Positions 28,406 through 38,646 of a stretch of 64,000 bases of DNA are shown in pieces. Source of the stretch: Bacteroidota bacterium (lineage in GTDB: Bacteria; Bacteroidota; Bacteroidia; UKL13-3). The DNA lies in the NCBI GenBank assembly GCA_947457395.1, contig CANGVA010000001.1:195687-259686 (forward strand). Direction: 5' to 3'. Position 1 is the stretch's first letter; every line of letters begins with the position of its first letter. A program made the translations under genes and the position numbers. Below the pieces are notes generated by a model. The model saw only the letters and a program-made list of their open reading frames with translations. It was not told where the DNA came from and made no database searches.

Positions 28406-29264
28406 TCAAACCATAGAAACGCCTATTCAAGTAATTGATTGGTTAGCATGGACAAAGCTTGGTGTGCAGGTAAGCATTAAGCGGGAGGATACCATACATC
28501 CATTTATCTCTGGTAATAAGTGGCGTAAATTGAAATATGTTTTGCAGGAAGCTAGAGTAAATAACAAAACGCATCTGGTTAGCTTTGGCGGTGCATATTC
28601 TAATCATCTGGTAGCATTGGCAAATGCAGGTGCTCAATATGGTTTTAAAACAACTGCTTTTGTTAGAGGCGAGGAGGTACACAATCATATGCTTGGTTTA
28701 TGCAAATGTTGGGGAATGGAATTGATTTTTGTATCGCGTGATGCATATCGCAATAAGCAAAAACTATTTGATGACTATTCCGGCACGAGTAAGCAAATGC
28801 TGATGATAGATGAAGGAGGCAGAGGCGCATCAGCTGCCAAAGGCTGTGAAGAGATATTAGATGATGTAGAAGGTTACACACATGTATGCTGCGCTGTAGG
28901 AACAGGCACCACGTTGGCCGGACTAGCAATTGCTGCGCAACGAAAAAATATAATAGCAGAAGGATTTTGCGTTTTAAAAGGTGCTGAAGAAATAGAAGAT
29001 GATATCCGCGTACTTACGAATAAACATACGTCATTTGTTATGCATCATCAGTTTCATTTTGGCGGTTATGCCAAATCAGACGAGGCCATGATGCCTTTTA
29101 TACAAACATTTGCCAAAGAAACGGGGATATTGCTTGATCAGGTTTATACAGCAAAAATGGTAAGAGGAGTAGATGAACTGATAAAGCAAGGCCATTACCC
29201 CTATGGTAGTAAGATTTTACTCATACATACCGGAGGCTTGCTGGGTTTATTATCTATGATTTAA
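28398..29264 (+). CDS. PLP-dependent enzyme of the 1-aminocyclopropane-1-carboxylate deaminase / D-cysteine desulfhydrase family
   Basis: PLP-lysine motif ISGNKWRKLKY followed by a GGAYSNH region. It overlaps the upstream membrane-protein gene by 8 nt. Confidence 0.7.
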   Translation: MFSQTIETPIQVIDWLAWTKLGVQVSIKREDTIHPFISGNKWRKLKYVLQEARVNNKTHLVSFGGAYSNHLVALANAGAQYGFKTTAFVRGEEVHNHMLGLCKCWGMELIFVSRDAYRNKQKLFDDYSGTSKQMLMIDEGGRGASAAKGCEEILDDVEGYTHVCCAVGTGTTLAGLAIAAQRKNIIAEGFCVLKGAEEIEDDIRVLTNKHTSFVMHHQFHFGGYAKSDEAMMPFIQTFAKETGILLDQVYTAKMVRGVDELIKQGHYPYGSKILLIHTGGLLGLLSMI

Positions 29265-30376
29265 AGTTGGCGCAGTTTTAATAGTTTCTCGGTTGATTTT
29301 AATCCGTGCCCACTAAAAAGTGAAACTACCGTTTCATTTTCTGATCGCAGCAGATATTTTTTAAGACCTGCTATGGTTGCAGCAGAGGTTGGTTCAATAT
29401 AAAAACCTTGTCCAAGCATTTCACGCAATGCATCAATAATTTCATCTTCAGTAACTGTAATAAATTGACCTTTACTTTCATTCACAGCCGATAACATTTG
29501 TGCGCCTCTTACCGGAGCTGCTATAGCAATACCTTCTGCAAGCGTATGCAGTGAAGTAACGGCTGCCGGCTGGGTTTGCTTAAGTTCAAATGCCTTAGCC
29601 AATGGGGCACAATTTGCGCTTTGTACGGCAACAAGTTTAGGCATCTGGTGTATGATGCCTGCTTTTAATAAATCATGAAAACCTATATGACAGCCCAGCA
29701 ATAATGTTCCATTTCCTGCAGGTAATACAAGCGCATCAGGGGCTTTCCAACCCAATTGTTCGCAAACCTCATAGGCAAATGTTTTGGTGCCATGCATAAA
29801 AAAAGGATGGTAGCAATGGCTGGCATAATAATGCAGTGAAGCAGCCTTTAATGCAGCAGCAGCAGTAGCTTCTCTCGAGCCTTTTATTTTTATAATTTTG
29901 GCACCATTCCATTCCATCTGAGCCAGTTTGGCTTCAGCTGTATCTTCCGGAACATAAATATCACAGGCAATGCCGGCTCTGGCTGCATAGGCAGCAACCG
30001 CACAGCCTGCATTCCCGGATGAATCCTGCACAACTTTTTTTATTTTTAGATGGTTTACATGACTCATCATTACGGTTGCTCCCCTGTCTTTATAAGAGCC
30101 TGTTGCAAATAGCTGCTCCTGTTTAATTAGGGCTTTTTTGTTACTAAAGCTTACCTCAAGCAAGGGTGTAAATCCCTCATCAAAACTCACAATATCCGCA
30201 TCGTATAAAACTGGTAAGGCTTCTCTGTATCTCCATAAATTGGGTTTGCGTTTTTCAATAGCTGAAATGGGAAAGCCGGCTTCAAATTCAAGATCAAGTA
30301 GATATCCGTTCCTGCCAACATAGTTGGCATATGCTGCATCTAACTGCTCATGTGTAACCTGTTCCTTAAAATTCAT
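29261..30376 (-). CDS. Threonine synthase-family PLP enzyme (fold type II)
   Basis: PLP-Lys motif FATGSYKDRGATV. At 371 aa it is shorter than canonical ThrC. Its stop overlaps the convergent ACC-deaminase-like gene's stop (TTAA at 29261..29264). Confidence 0.6.
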   Translation of the reverse strand: MNFKEQVTHEQLDAAYANYVGRNGYLLDLEFEAGFPISAIEKRKPNLWRYREALPVLYDADIVSFDEGFTPLLEVSFSNKKALIKQEQLFATGSYKDRGATVMMSHVNHLKIKKVVQDSSGNAGCAVAAYAARAGIACDIYVPEDTAEAKLAQMEWNGAKIIKIKGSREATAAAALKAASLHYYASHCYHPFFMHGTKTFAYEVCEQLGWKAPDALVLPAGNGTLLLGCHIGFHDLLKAGIIHQMPKLVAVQSANCAPLAKAFELKQTQPAAVTSLHTLAEGIAIAAPVRGAQMLSAVNESKGQFITVTEDEIIDALREMLGQGFYIEPTSAATIAGLKKYLLRSENETVVSLFSGHGLKSTEKLLKLRQL

Positions 30377-30766
30377 TTGTTAGGATACAATCATTTTTTA
30401 AATTTAAACTGCTGAAAAGAGCTTATTTACATCGGAAAAGTAATACAAAAAGCATAATAGCAGAAAAATAGCTGGTAATTGGAACCTTAAAATGAAGGCC
30501 TAATGAACAGCCACTGACTTATTGATAAAATCTATAACATAGGATGGCGCAGCGTTACCAATTATTAAATAAATGAAATACAGCGTTATATATTTTTCAG
30601 TCGTATCTTTTTTACCTGAAAATAATGGTCACTATTGTGGCAGTGAGGGTATAAAAATGTAATCTTTCTTAAAATGTTGATTTGGGGGTTTCTTAAGAAA
30701 ATATTAAGAAGCTACTATTATAAATTTGTTCGCAAATCAAATGAAACAATTAAACCAAATTACTAT

Positions 30767-33700
30767 ATGAATACTATGCATTATTTAAAAGCAACTGCAT
30801 TGAAATTGCTTGTTCCTGCCTTGCTTTTGCTGTTTGGATCTATTTTTCAGCAAGCAGAAGCAACGCACGTGGTAGGTAGTGATATTAGTTATGAGTGCGT
30901 GGAAGGTGCTCCTCCCGGTACTTTTCGTATACGCCTGGTGCTATATCGAGATTGTATAGGTATCCCGATGTGTCCGGGCAATTGTGGTGCGCCATGTTCT
31001 CGTACTGTTCAGATCCAGGGGGCAGATCCATCGTGTAATGGTCAAACATTTGGTAACGTTACTGTAAATCTAGTGAATGTAAGGGATGTAAACCCCAATC
31101 CTGATTGCCCTACATCCAAGAGTACTTGTACCAATATGGGTTGCGTTACTCCAGGCCCTTTTACCCCTGCTGTTGAGCGGTATGAATTTACAGGTATTGT
31201 AAATCTTAATCAAATAGGCATACCTGCCAGTTGTTGTAATGTACGCATTGTTTGGCAGGAGTGTTGCAGAAATGGTGCAATTAGCACAGGCGCATCTAAT
31301 CAAAACTTTTATATGGAAGCCATTGTGAATCGTTGTCTTTCATCCAATCCCTGCAACGGCTCACCTCAGCTGAGTAACGACCCTTATGCTTTTGCCTGCG
31401 GTGGGCAACCATTCACATTTAATAATGGTGCAATTGACCCAGATCTTGATTCATTGACATACTCCTTTGCTCCTGCGCTGCAAGGTCCAGGTGCATCTGT
31501 TACCTATATCCCTCCATACAGTGCACAAACCCCAATGCCTTGGACAGGACCTGCTTCCGGTGTTTTTCCTGCCGGTATTTCTTGTGATCCAAACACAGGT
31601 GATATTATGTTTACCGCACCAATGGGCGGTGGAGGATTGATTATTGGAGTAATGGCAATAGAGGTCCGACAATGGCGCACAATTAATGGTGTTCCAACTG
31701 TAATTGGTATTACCCGAAGAGATATTCAAATGGTAGTGCTCCAGTGCCCGCCAAATAATCCCCCAAGAATTGCAACCCGACCGAGTAACCCCGGCAATCA
31801 ACCCCGAACCAGCTGGAGTATATGTGCCGGAGACCAGCTGTGCTTTGATATTGTTGCCAAGGATACGGATTTTCTTCCGCCTACTATTTCCGATACCACC
31901 AAATTGGGATGGAATGCTGCCTTGGCAAGGTTTGGTGCTACCTTTACACCAAATTATAATCCAACACAGCGCAAGTTATTAGGGCCAAGAGAAGACGACT
32001 TTAAATTTTGCTGGCAACCTGCAGAAAATTTAGCAAGTACAACGCCTTATTATTTCACGGTAACAGCTAAGGATAACCGTTGCCCCTTACCCGGCACCAT
32101 TACAAGGGCTTTTAATATTAGGGTATTGGCAAAGCCCGATGTGTTAATACAGAAAATTCCATCTAATTGCGGTAAGTGGGCAGTCAGATATAATTTGCCA
32201 GTAAATAAACCCGTCCAGTCATTTGTGCTTCGAACCTGGCAAATTTCTAAAGAGCCATTTGATTATGCATTTATAAACGGATCGCATCAATTTAATAATG
32301 TGCAGCAAACGTCAGTCATTAATTTTACTAAAGGTGGTAAATATCTGGTAATGCTCAATATGGCCAGTCCCGGCCCTGCCGGCTCACCGCCATGCATAAA
32401 AACATTTTATGATACCTTAACTGTTGATACCCCGGTTGCCCCATCTATCAGAGATACATTTGTATGTATTGGCAATTCTGTTATGTTGCAGGCTAGAGCA
32501 AGATTTGGCAAACCTGCTTATCAATTCCGGTGGTTTAATAGCATCAGTGATACCATTGTACCATTAAATGCTCCTCCACTAACCATTGGTAACCTAATGG
32601 TTGCTCCTGCTCAAACCAGAAAATATACGTTACAGGTAAGAGATCAGGAAGGTTGCAGGGTTTATGACTCCATAACGGTTCAGGTCAGACGCTTGCCTAT
32701 TGGTACACTGCCTGATTCTACCCGATTATGTTTTGGGGACAGTGTAACGATGAATCCGGGTAATGACGGAGGCAGGGTGCGGCAATTCTTATGGAGCACC
32801 GGAGATACACTGCAGCAAATTACACGTGGCGATTCCAATACCTATACTGTCAGGTTAATTGACACCTCCGGTTGTATTCAGTTTGATACCATGAAGGTTT
32901 TTGTGAATAGACCAATTATACCAAATGCAGGTTTGGATACTGCTATATGCTCCGGAGATACCGCAACATTAATAGGCTCCGGAGGCCAACTGTATATGTG
33001 GCGCAATATAACCACCAATACGCTGCTATCTCCAAAGTCTCATAACCGCACCGTGCGCGTTAATCCGGTTAATGTAACCGTGCCCACGCAGTATGAACTT
33101 ACGGTTTATCAAAGTTATCCGGACACAACAAGCCGGTATAAAGAATGCTTCAACATAGATACAGTTGTTGTGGCGGTCCGACCGTTGCCGGTGCTAACCC
33201 GACCGCAACCTGTGCAGGCCTGTAAGTCTACCAACCTTATTAACGCACCAATATTTGGTGTGAATCAACCCGGTGGTGTAGGTATATGGAGTTATCCAAG
33301 AGCACCAGGAGCAATTGTTAACGGAGCGGTGATTCAATTCAGGGTTGACAGTCTGAAGAATATTCCAAATAAAGACACCATCATGTCTTTTGACAACTGG
33401 TTGGTTTATCGTTATACCGCTCCTGCTAGTTTTGGCGGTTGTACCCGCACAGATTCGAGTATCGTACGCATTTTTGGAAATCCACGGGTAAACGCAGGCC
33501 CTACATTAATATGGTGTGAAAATGGCGGTATTTATAATATAACTTCTTTTAATCAGAAGTACTTGCCAACAGGAAATGCTACGCAAGAAGAATGGACTGG
33601 AAATGGAATTTATTCTCAGGTGGTAGGTATAAATAGGCTTCATTATTTTAACCCGAATTTACCGGGTGTAATTAAGTCCCCTGGGTTCAATATACAGAAG

Positions 33701-35551
33701 TATAGATATACCCATATCTATAATGCAAGTAACCCTGCCACCCGTATAGATTGTGCCAATGAAGATACTGTAATTTTCCGCGTTATTGAGATACCTCAAA
33801 TAGATGCAGGTAGCAATATTATTGTATGTAAATATGAACCTGAATTTATTATTGGTCAGAAGGCGGGTGCTAATACTATACCATTTACCGGTGCAAGCTA
33901 CTGGCGTCCTGCTAATACAACCATTAATCCTGCTATGCGAGATACAGTTCCGGGTGCCGGTGGTAATGGATGGTCAAAGTTTTTTGCCGGTTCTACTGCA
34001 ATTCCTAATCCTGCACCACCAGCTTTTCCAACCAATACCGTAACATACAAAATGTATTATGAAGATCGTTCAACCGGGTGTTTGGTGCGAGACAGTATTA
34101 ATCTTACAGTTGCACGTGTGCCGCAGATTGACGTAGTTTTCAGCAATCCTGCAGCAGATTCACCGTTGGTTTGCTTAAGTAAAGGAGATGTATTTTTTAA
34201 TTGCTTCGTAAATGGCAATTTAAATAGCAATGGTGTATACGGTGGAAGTCCGGCTTTTATTAAGAATACCAGTGGGACAATACCGGGAAATGCTATTTTC
34301 AATACACTTCATAGCTCTGTTCAACCAAATAATATGATGATTTATAGTTGGACAGACAAATCAACGCAGGCAGAATGTGTTAGTTCAGATACCGTCTATA
34401 TAAGAACCCAGGTACCTCCAACCATTAGTGTTACTCCGGGTGGTGCCATTTGTGCTTATGATGACACTATTGCGGTTTCAGTAGCATCCATTGGTACAGG
34501 TTATACACATACATGGAGCGTGATGGCTCCTGGCAGCGGTGCATTTACAAACGATCAGGCAATGGCTACCAGCTATAGGCCCAGCACATCAGATAAAACA
34601 GCTGGAACAATTTGGGTAAAGGCTACTACCAATCCCAAAGAGAAATGTCCTGTAGTTTCAGATAGTACACAGCTTACCATTAATCCGGTACCTACAGCCA
34701 ATGCGTTGAATGATACTGCCGGTTGTTTGCCTATTACTGCTAATTTCGTTGCAGGCCCTACAAATATTGCAACACCTGTAAATTACAGCTGGCGCTGGAT
34801 TACCCCAGGAGGAGGAACATCCTCAGCCAATAGCATCAGCAGGTCATTTGCTACGTATCAAAACAATGGCTTACATGTAGGAGAACTTACTGTAACCAGT
34901 CAGGTAGGCAATTGTATTGACATCGATACCTTTACCGTAAGAACACATGCGGTGCCGAAGGCAGATTTTTCAATGGACCCACCAAATGGAAAAACAACCA
35001 TAGCCAAGCCGTTTTTTAATTACTATGACCAATCTACAGTGGAAGACAATAGCAACATGAGTTTCTTGTGGATGTTAGGACCTGAATTATTTGACTCTAC
35101 TAAAATCAGGACTTCAACAGAAAGAAATCCAATGAATATAGAATACAACCCTGATGTAGGTGGTAGAGATATCTGGCTAAAAGTTACCACGGAGCATGGT
35201 TGCGTGGATTCTACCTCCAGACGCATTGTAATAGACCCGGATATTACGGTTTTTATACCCAATGCATTCTTCCCCGGTTCAGGTGTGAATTGTCGTGATG
35301 GTGAACTTTGTAACCGTGTGTTTAAGGTTGCAGCTGATGGTCACTTGTCAATCGAGATTTTCATCTTTAACCGTTGGGGTCAGCAGGTATATTATAGCAA
35401 AGATGCAGAAGAAGGCTGGAACGGGAAAATGAACAATGGAAAAGACGGAGGTCAAGATTGCCCGCAGGAGGTATATATCTATCAGGTAAATGCAACCAGT
35501 TTTAATGGTAAGCAATATCGTTACTCGGGCTCTGTTACCTTGTTAAGATAA
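30767..35551 (+). CDS. Giant (~1595 aa) surface protein/adhesin with a Cys-rich N-terminal region, many Ig-like repeats and a T9SS type-B CTD
   Basis: C-terminus IPNAFFPGSGVNCRDGELCNRVFK...FNRWGQQVYY is a type-B CTD. Repeated CxGDSVxL ... YxW modules. Start moved from the longest ORF (30674) to the ATG at 30767 in front of the signal peptide. Confidence 0.8.
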   Translation: MNTMHYLKATALKLLVPALLLLFGSIFQQAEATHVVGSDISYECVEGAPPGTFRIRLVLYRDCIGIPMCPGNCGAPCSRTVQIQGADPSCNGQTFGNVTVNLVNVRDVNPNPDCPTSKSTCTNMGCVTPGPFTPAVERYEFTGIVNLNQIGIPASCCNVRIVWQECCRNGAISTGASNQNFYMEAIVNRCLSSNPCNGSPQLSNDPYAFACGGQPFTFNNGAIDPDLDSLTYSFAPALQGPGASVTYIPPYSAQTPMPWTGPASGVFPAGISCDPNTGDIMFTAPMGGGGLIIGVMAIEVRQWRTINGVPTVIGITRRDIQMVVLQCPPNNPPRIATRPSNPGNQPRTSWSICAGDQLCFDIVAKDTDFLPPTISDTTKLGWNAALARFGATFTPNYNPTQRKLLGPREDDFKFCWQPAENLASTTPYYFTVTAKDNRCPLPGTITRAFNIRVLAKPDVLIQKIPSNCGKWAVRYNLPVNKPVQSFVLRTWQISKEPFDYAFINGSHQFNNVQQTSVINFTKGGKYLVMLNMASPGPAGSPPCIKTFYDTLTVDTPVAPSIRDTFVCIGNSVMLQARARFGKPAYQFRWFNSISDTIVPLNAPPLTIGNLMVAPAQTRKYTLQVRDQEGCRVYDSITVQVRRLPIGTLPDSTRLCFGDSVTMNPGNDGGRVRQFLWSTGDTLQQITRGDSNTYTVRLIDTSGCIQFDTMKVFVNRPIIPNAGLDTAICSGDTATLIGSGGQLYMWRNITTNTLLSPKSHNRTVRVNPVNVTVPTQYELTVYQSYPDTTSRYKECFNIDTVVVAVRPLPVLTRPQPVQACKSTNLINAPIFGVNQPGGVGIWSYPRAPGAIVNGAVIQFRVDSLKNIPNKDTIMSFDNWLVYRYTAPASFGGCTRTDSSIVRIFGNPRVNAGPTLIWCENGGIYNITSFNQKYLPTGNATQEEWTGNGIYSQVVGINRLHYFNPNLPGVIKSPGFNIQKYRYTHIYNASNPATRIDCANEDTVIFRVIEIPQIDAGSNIIVCKYEPEFIIGQKAGANTIPFTGASYWRPANTTINPAMRDTVPGAGGNGWSKFFAGSTAIPNPAPPAFPTNTVTYKMYYEDRSTGCLVRDSINLTVARVPQIDVVFSNPAADSPLVCLSKGDVFFNCFVNGNLNSNGVYGGSPAFIKNTSGTIPGNAIFNTLHSSVQPNNMMIYSWTDKSTQAECVSSDTVYIRTQVPPTISVTPGGAICAYDDTIAVSVASIGTGYTHTWSVMAPGSGAFTNDQAMATSYRPSTSDKTAGTIWVKATTNPKEKCPVVSDSTQLTINPVPTANALNDTAGCLPITANFVAGPTNIATPVNYSWRWITPGGGTSSANSISRSFATYQNNGLHVGELTVTSQVGNCIDIDTFTVRTHAVPKADFSMDPPNGKTTIAKPFFNYYDQSTVEDNSNMSFLWMLGPELFDSTKIRTSTERNPMNIEYNPDVGGRDIWLKVTTEHGCVDSTSRRIVIDPDITVFIPNAFFPGSGVNCRDGELCNRVFKVAADGHLSIEIFIFNRWGQQVYYSKDAEEGWNGKMNNGKDGGQDCPQEVYIYQVNATSFNGKQYRYSGSVTLLR

Positions 35552-35573
35552 CAACCGCCATAAGAGATAGAAG

Positions 35574-35609
35574 AAACGGGATGCTGATTTATATCAGTGT
35601 CCCGTTTTC
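35574..35609 (+). terminator. Rho-independent terminator after the giant adhesin gene
   Basis: 11-bp stem GGGATGCTGAT / ATCAGTGTCCC (two G-U wobbles in RNA) with a 4-nt loop, followed by TTTT. Seen in sequence. Confidence 0.6.
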
Positions 35610-35669
35610 GTTTAAGTGATTGCTGAAAGTGAATACAGAAATTTTATATCTTGCTGCAAATTGCATGCA

Positions 35670-38642
35670 ATGAAAAAATTTGTTTTTCTTTTGTTTTCCT
35701 TCGTTTACCTTCATACAAACGCACAGGAAACCTTTCCGGTAAATGGGCCTTATAACTCTCAAATGCAGTTTGATGCATTTGTAAATGCAACCATCCAGGT
35801 TGATGAGCAAACAAAAGTTAGCAATGCCACGCTCATTATTAAAAATGGTAAAATTGAAAAAGTAGGCATCAACCTAATTCCTCCTGCAGGAGCCAACATT
35901 CATGATATGAAAGGGCGTTATATTTATCCAGCTTTTGTCGAATTGTGCTCAGGTTCGGTTACCACTCCAAAAAACCAACATACAAACAAGGCCGATTTAC
36001 CTTTCCTATCATCTAAGCTCGGAGCATATTACTGGAACGAAGCTATTAAACCGGAGGTACACGCTGTGAATTATTTTACATCAGATGAAAAGCATTCAGC
36101 ATACCTAAGGGCTTGTGGTTTTGGCTCAGTATTGGCACATGTTGATGATGGTATATACAGAGGTACGGCTGTACTTGCCACTACCGGTAATGCAGCAAAT
36201 GAACATGAGCTCATTATCAAAGAAAAAGCAGCCTCTGTTTTATCTTTTAAAAAGGGCAATTCATCACAAGATTATCCCTCATCAATGATGGGAACCGTGG
36301 CATTGTTGCGACAAACGTATTATGATGCTCGCTGGTACGGTAATCAAACTACAGAGAAAAATCTGAGTCTTCAGGCATTTAATGAGCAGCAGGCTTTGCC
36401 TCAGATTTTTATTGCCAATCATAAACTGAATGTATTTCGTGCAGATAAAATTGCTGATGAGTTTAACATAAACTATATCATCAAAGGAGCAGGCGATGAA
36501 TACCAGCGTATCAGTGAAATAAAAGCAACAAAGGCGCCACTTATTGTTCCTGTAAATTTCCCAAAGCCATATGAAGTGAGCGACCCTTATGATGCAGATT
36601 TCATTTCACTTGGTGATTTAAAGCATTGGGAGATGGCGCCATCAAATTTATCTGCATTGTATGCGGCACAGATTGAATGTGCCATTACTGCAGATGGATG
36701 TAAGGATGCAGCTACTTTTCTAAAGAATTTAAGAAAAGCGTATAAAAATGGGGCTACCTCACAACAGTTACTACGCTCATTAACCACCATTCCTGCCAGA
36801 CTCATTAAAATGGACCAGCAACTGGGAGCCATTAAACCCGGTATGATGGCCAACCTTATAATAACCAATGGTGATTTATTTAATGAAGAAACCCAAATAC
36901 TTTCAGTTTGGACAAAGGGAGTTAAGCATACCGTTGAAAACCTTTCTGAAACCAAACTGGCCGGCACATATCAGATTCAAATGGGTAATAATGAAACATT
37001 GCAACTTAAAGCCAAAACAAAAGACGGGAAACAGGTTTATCAAATAATAAGTGGTAACGATACCATGCAAGCACAGGTTCAACTTGCGCAACTGGTTAGT
37101 ATTACTTATCCGGTTTCTAAAAGCAACTCATTTACACAACAACTTACGGCTTATGTATTAAAGTTAGATAGCAGCAATTACCCCTATACCATTCAATCAT
37201 TACAGGGAGAAGTAGTATTGCAAAATGGCAGCCGTGTGGCATGTAATATCAAATTAGTAGCACCATATGTAGATGAGAAGGTTTTGCCCGTAGAGAAAAA
37301 AAATCAAGGCACAGGAAAAGTATTATATCCATTTACGGAATATGGCTATGAAGATCTGAAAGTGGCGGAAACAGTATTGTTTAAAAATGCTACCGTATGG
37401 ACAAATGAAAAAGAAGGAATAATGAGTGAAGCAGATGTGGCGATTAAAGAAGGTAAAATTATTGCTGTAGGAAAAAATATTACCCTGCCCGGTGCAAAAA
37501 TAATTGACGCAACGGGCAAGCACCTTACCACCGGCATTATTGATGAGCATTCACATATAGCCATCACGCAAGGCGTAAATGAAGGTACACAAGCCATAAC
37601 CAGTGAGGTAAGAATTGGTGATGCAGTAAACAGTGAAGACATTAATATATACAGGCAATTGGCAGGTGGGGTAGTAGCTGCGCAATTATTGCACGGATCT
37701 GCAAATCCCATTGGTGGGCAAAGTGCACTGATTAAATTAAGATGGGGCTTACCGCCTGAACAAATGAAAATTGAAGGTGCAGACGGTTTTATCAAATTTG
37801 CTTTGGGTGAAAATGTGAAACAAAGCAACTGGGGCGACAGGGCAACCATTCGTTATCCGCAAACACGTATGGGTGTGGAGCAGATGATGATGGATGGATT
37901 TACACGAGCTAGGCAGTATGAATTAGAATTAAAACGCAATCCTAATATCAGAAAAGATCTGGAACTGGAGGCACTGCTCGAAATTTTACAGAGTAAACGA
38001 TTTATCAGTTGCCACTCTTACGTGCAATCAGAGATTAATATGCTCATGCATTTAGCCGATTCGTTCGGATTTCGCGTAAACACGTTCACTCATATTTTGG
38101 AAGGCTACAAAATTGCCGATAAAATGAAAAAGCATGGTGTATATGCCAGTACCTTTGCCGACTGGTGGGCATATAAATATGAAGTGATTGATGCCATACC
38201 ATTTAATGCTGCTATTTTAAACAAAGTTGGGGTGCTCACTGCAGTTAATTCCGATGATGCTGAGATGGGGAGACGACTTAATCAGGAAGCGGCAAAAATT
38301 GTAAAGTACGGAGGATTATCGGAAGAAGAAGCATGGAAGATGGTTTCGCTAAATCCGGCAAAAATGCTACACCTGGATACTAGAATGGGCTCTGTAAAAG
38401 TTGGTAAAGATGCTGATATTGTGCTTTGGAACAATCATCCCTTAAGTATTTATGCCCAGCCTGAATATACCTACGTTGATGGCAGATGCTTGTATAGCAA
38501 AGAGCAAGATGTATTATTAAGAGCATCTATACAAAAAGAACGTATGCGCATTATTGCAGCTATGCAAGCCGCAAAAGCCAGCGGTGAAAAGGCAGAACAA
38601 CATGTTTCTGAAACAGATCCTAATTATCACTGCGAAGATTAA
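35670..38642 (+). CDS. Two-module amidohydrolase-family protein (about 990 aa), secreted or periplasmic
   Basis: Signal peptide MKKFVFLLFSFVYLHTNAQ. The C-terminal module has the canonical metal-binding GIIDEHSHIA. The N-terminal module has the same beta-sandwich lead-in (IKNGKIEKVG...PAFVELCSG) but lacks HxH. Confidence 0.7.
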   Translation: MKKFVFLLFSFVYLHTNAQETFPVNGPYNSQMQFDAFVNATIQVDEQTKVSNATLIIKNGKIEKVGINLIPPAGANIHDMKGRYIYPAFVELCSGSVTTPKNQHTNKADLPFLSSKLGAYYWNEAIKPEVHAVNYFTSDEKHSAYLRACGFGSVLAHVDDGIYRGTAVLATTGNAANEHELIIKEKAASVLSFKKGNSSQDYPSSMMGTVALLRQTYYDARWYGNQTTEKNLSLQAFNEQQALPQIFIANHKLNVFRADKIADEFNINYIIKGAGDEYQRISEIKATKAPLIVPVNFPKPYEVSDPYDADFISLGDLKHWEMAPSNLSALYAAQIECAITADGCKDAATFLKNLRKAYKNGATSQQLLRSLTTIPARLIKMDQQLGAIKPGMMANLIITNGDLFNEETQILSVWTKGVKHTVENLSETKLAGTYQIQMGNNETLQLKAKTKDGKQVYQIISGNDTMQAQVQLAQLVSITYPVSKSNSFTQQLTAYVLKLDSSNYPYTIQSLQGEVVLQNGSRVACNIKLVAPYVDEKVLPVEKKNQGTGKVLYPFTEYGYEDLKVAETVLFKNATVWTNEKEGIMSEADVAIKEGKIIAVGKNITLPGAKIIDATGKHLTTGIIDEHSHIAITQGVNEGTQAITSEVRIGDAVNSEDINIYRQLAGGVVAAQLLHGSANPIGGQSALIKLRWGLPPEQMKIEGADGFIKFALGENVKQSNWGDRATIRYPQTRMGVEQMMMDGFTRARQYELELKRNPNIRKDLELEALLEILQSKRFISCHSYVQSEINMLMHLADSFGFRVNTFTHILEGYKIADKMKKHGVYASTFADWWAYKYEVIDAIPFNAAILNKVGVLTAVNSDDAEMGRRLNQEAAKIVKYGGLSEEEAWKMVSLNPAKMLHLDTRMGSVKVGKDADIVLWNNHPLSIYAQPEYTYVDGRCLYSKEQDVLLRASIQKERMRIIAAMQAAKASGEKAEQHVSETDPNYHCED

Positions 38643-38646
38643 ATAT

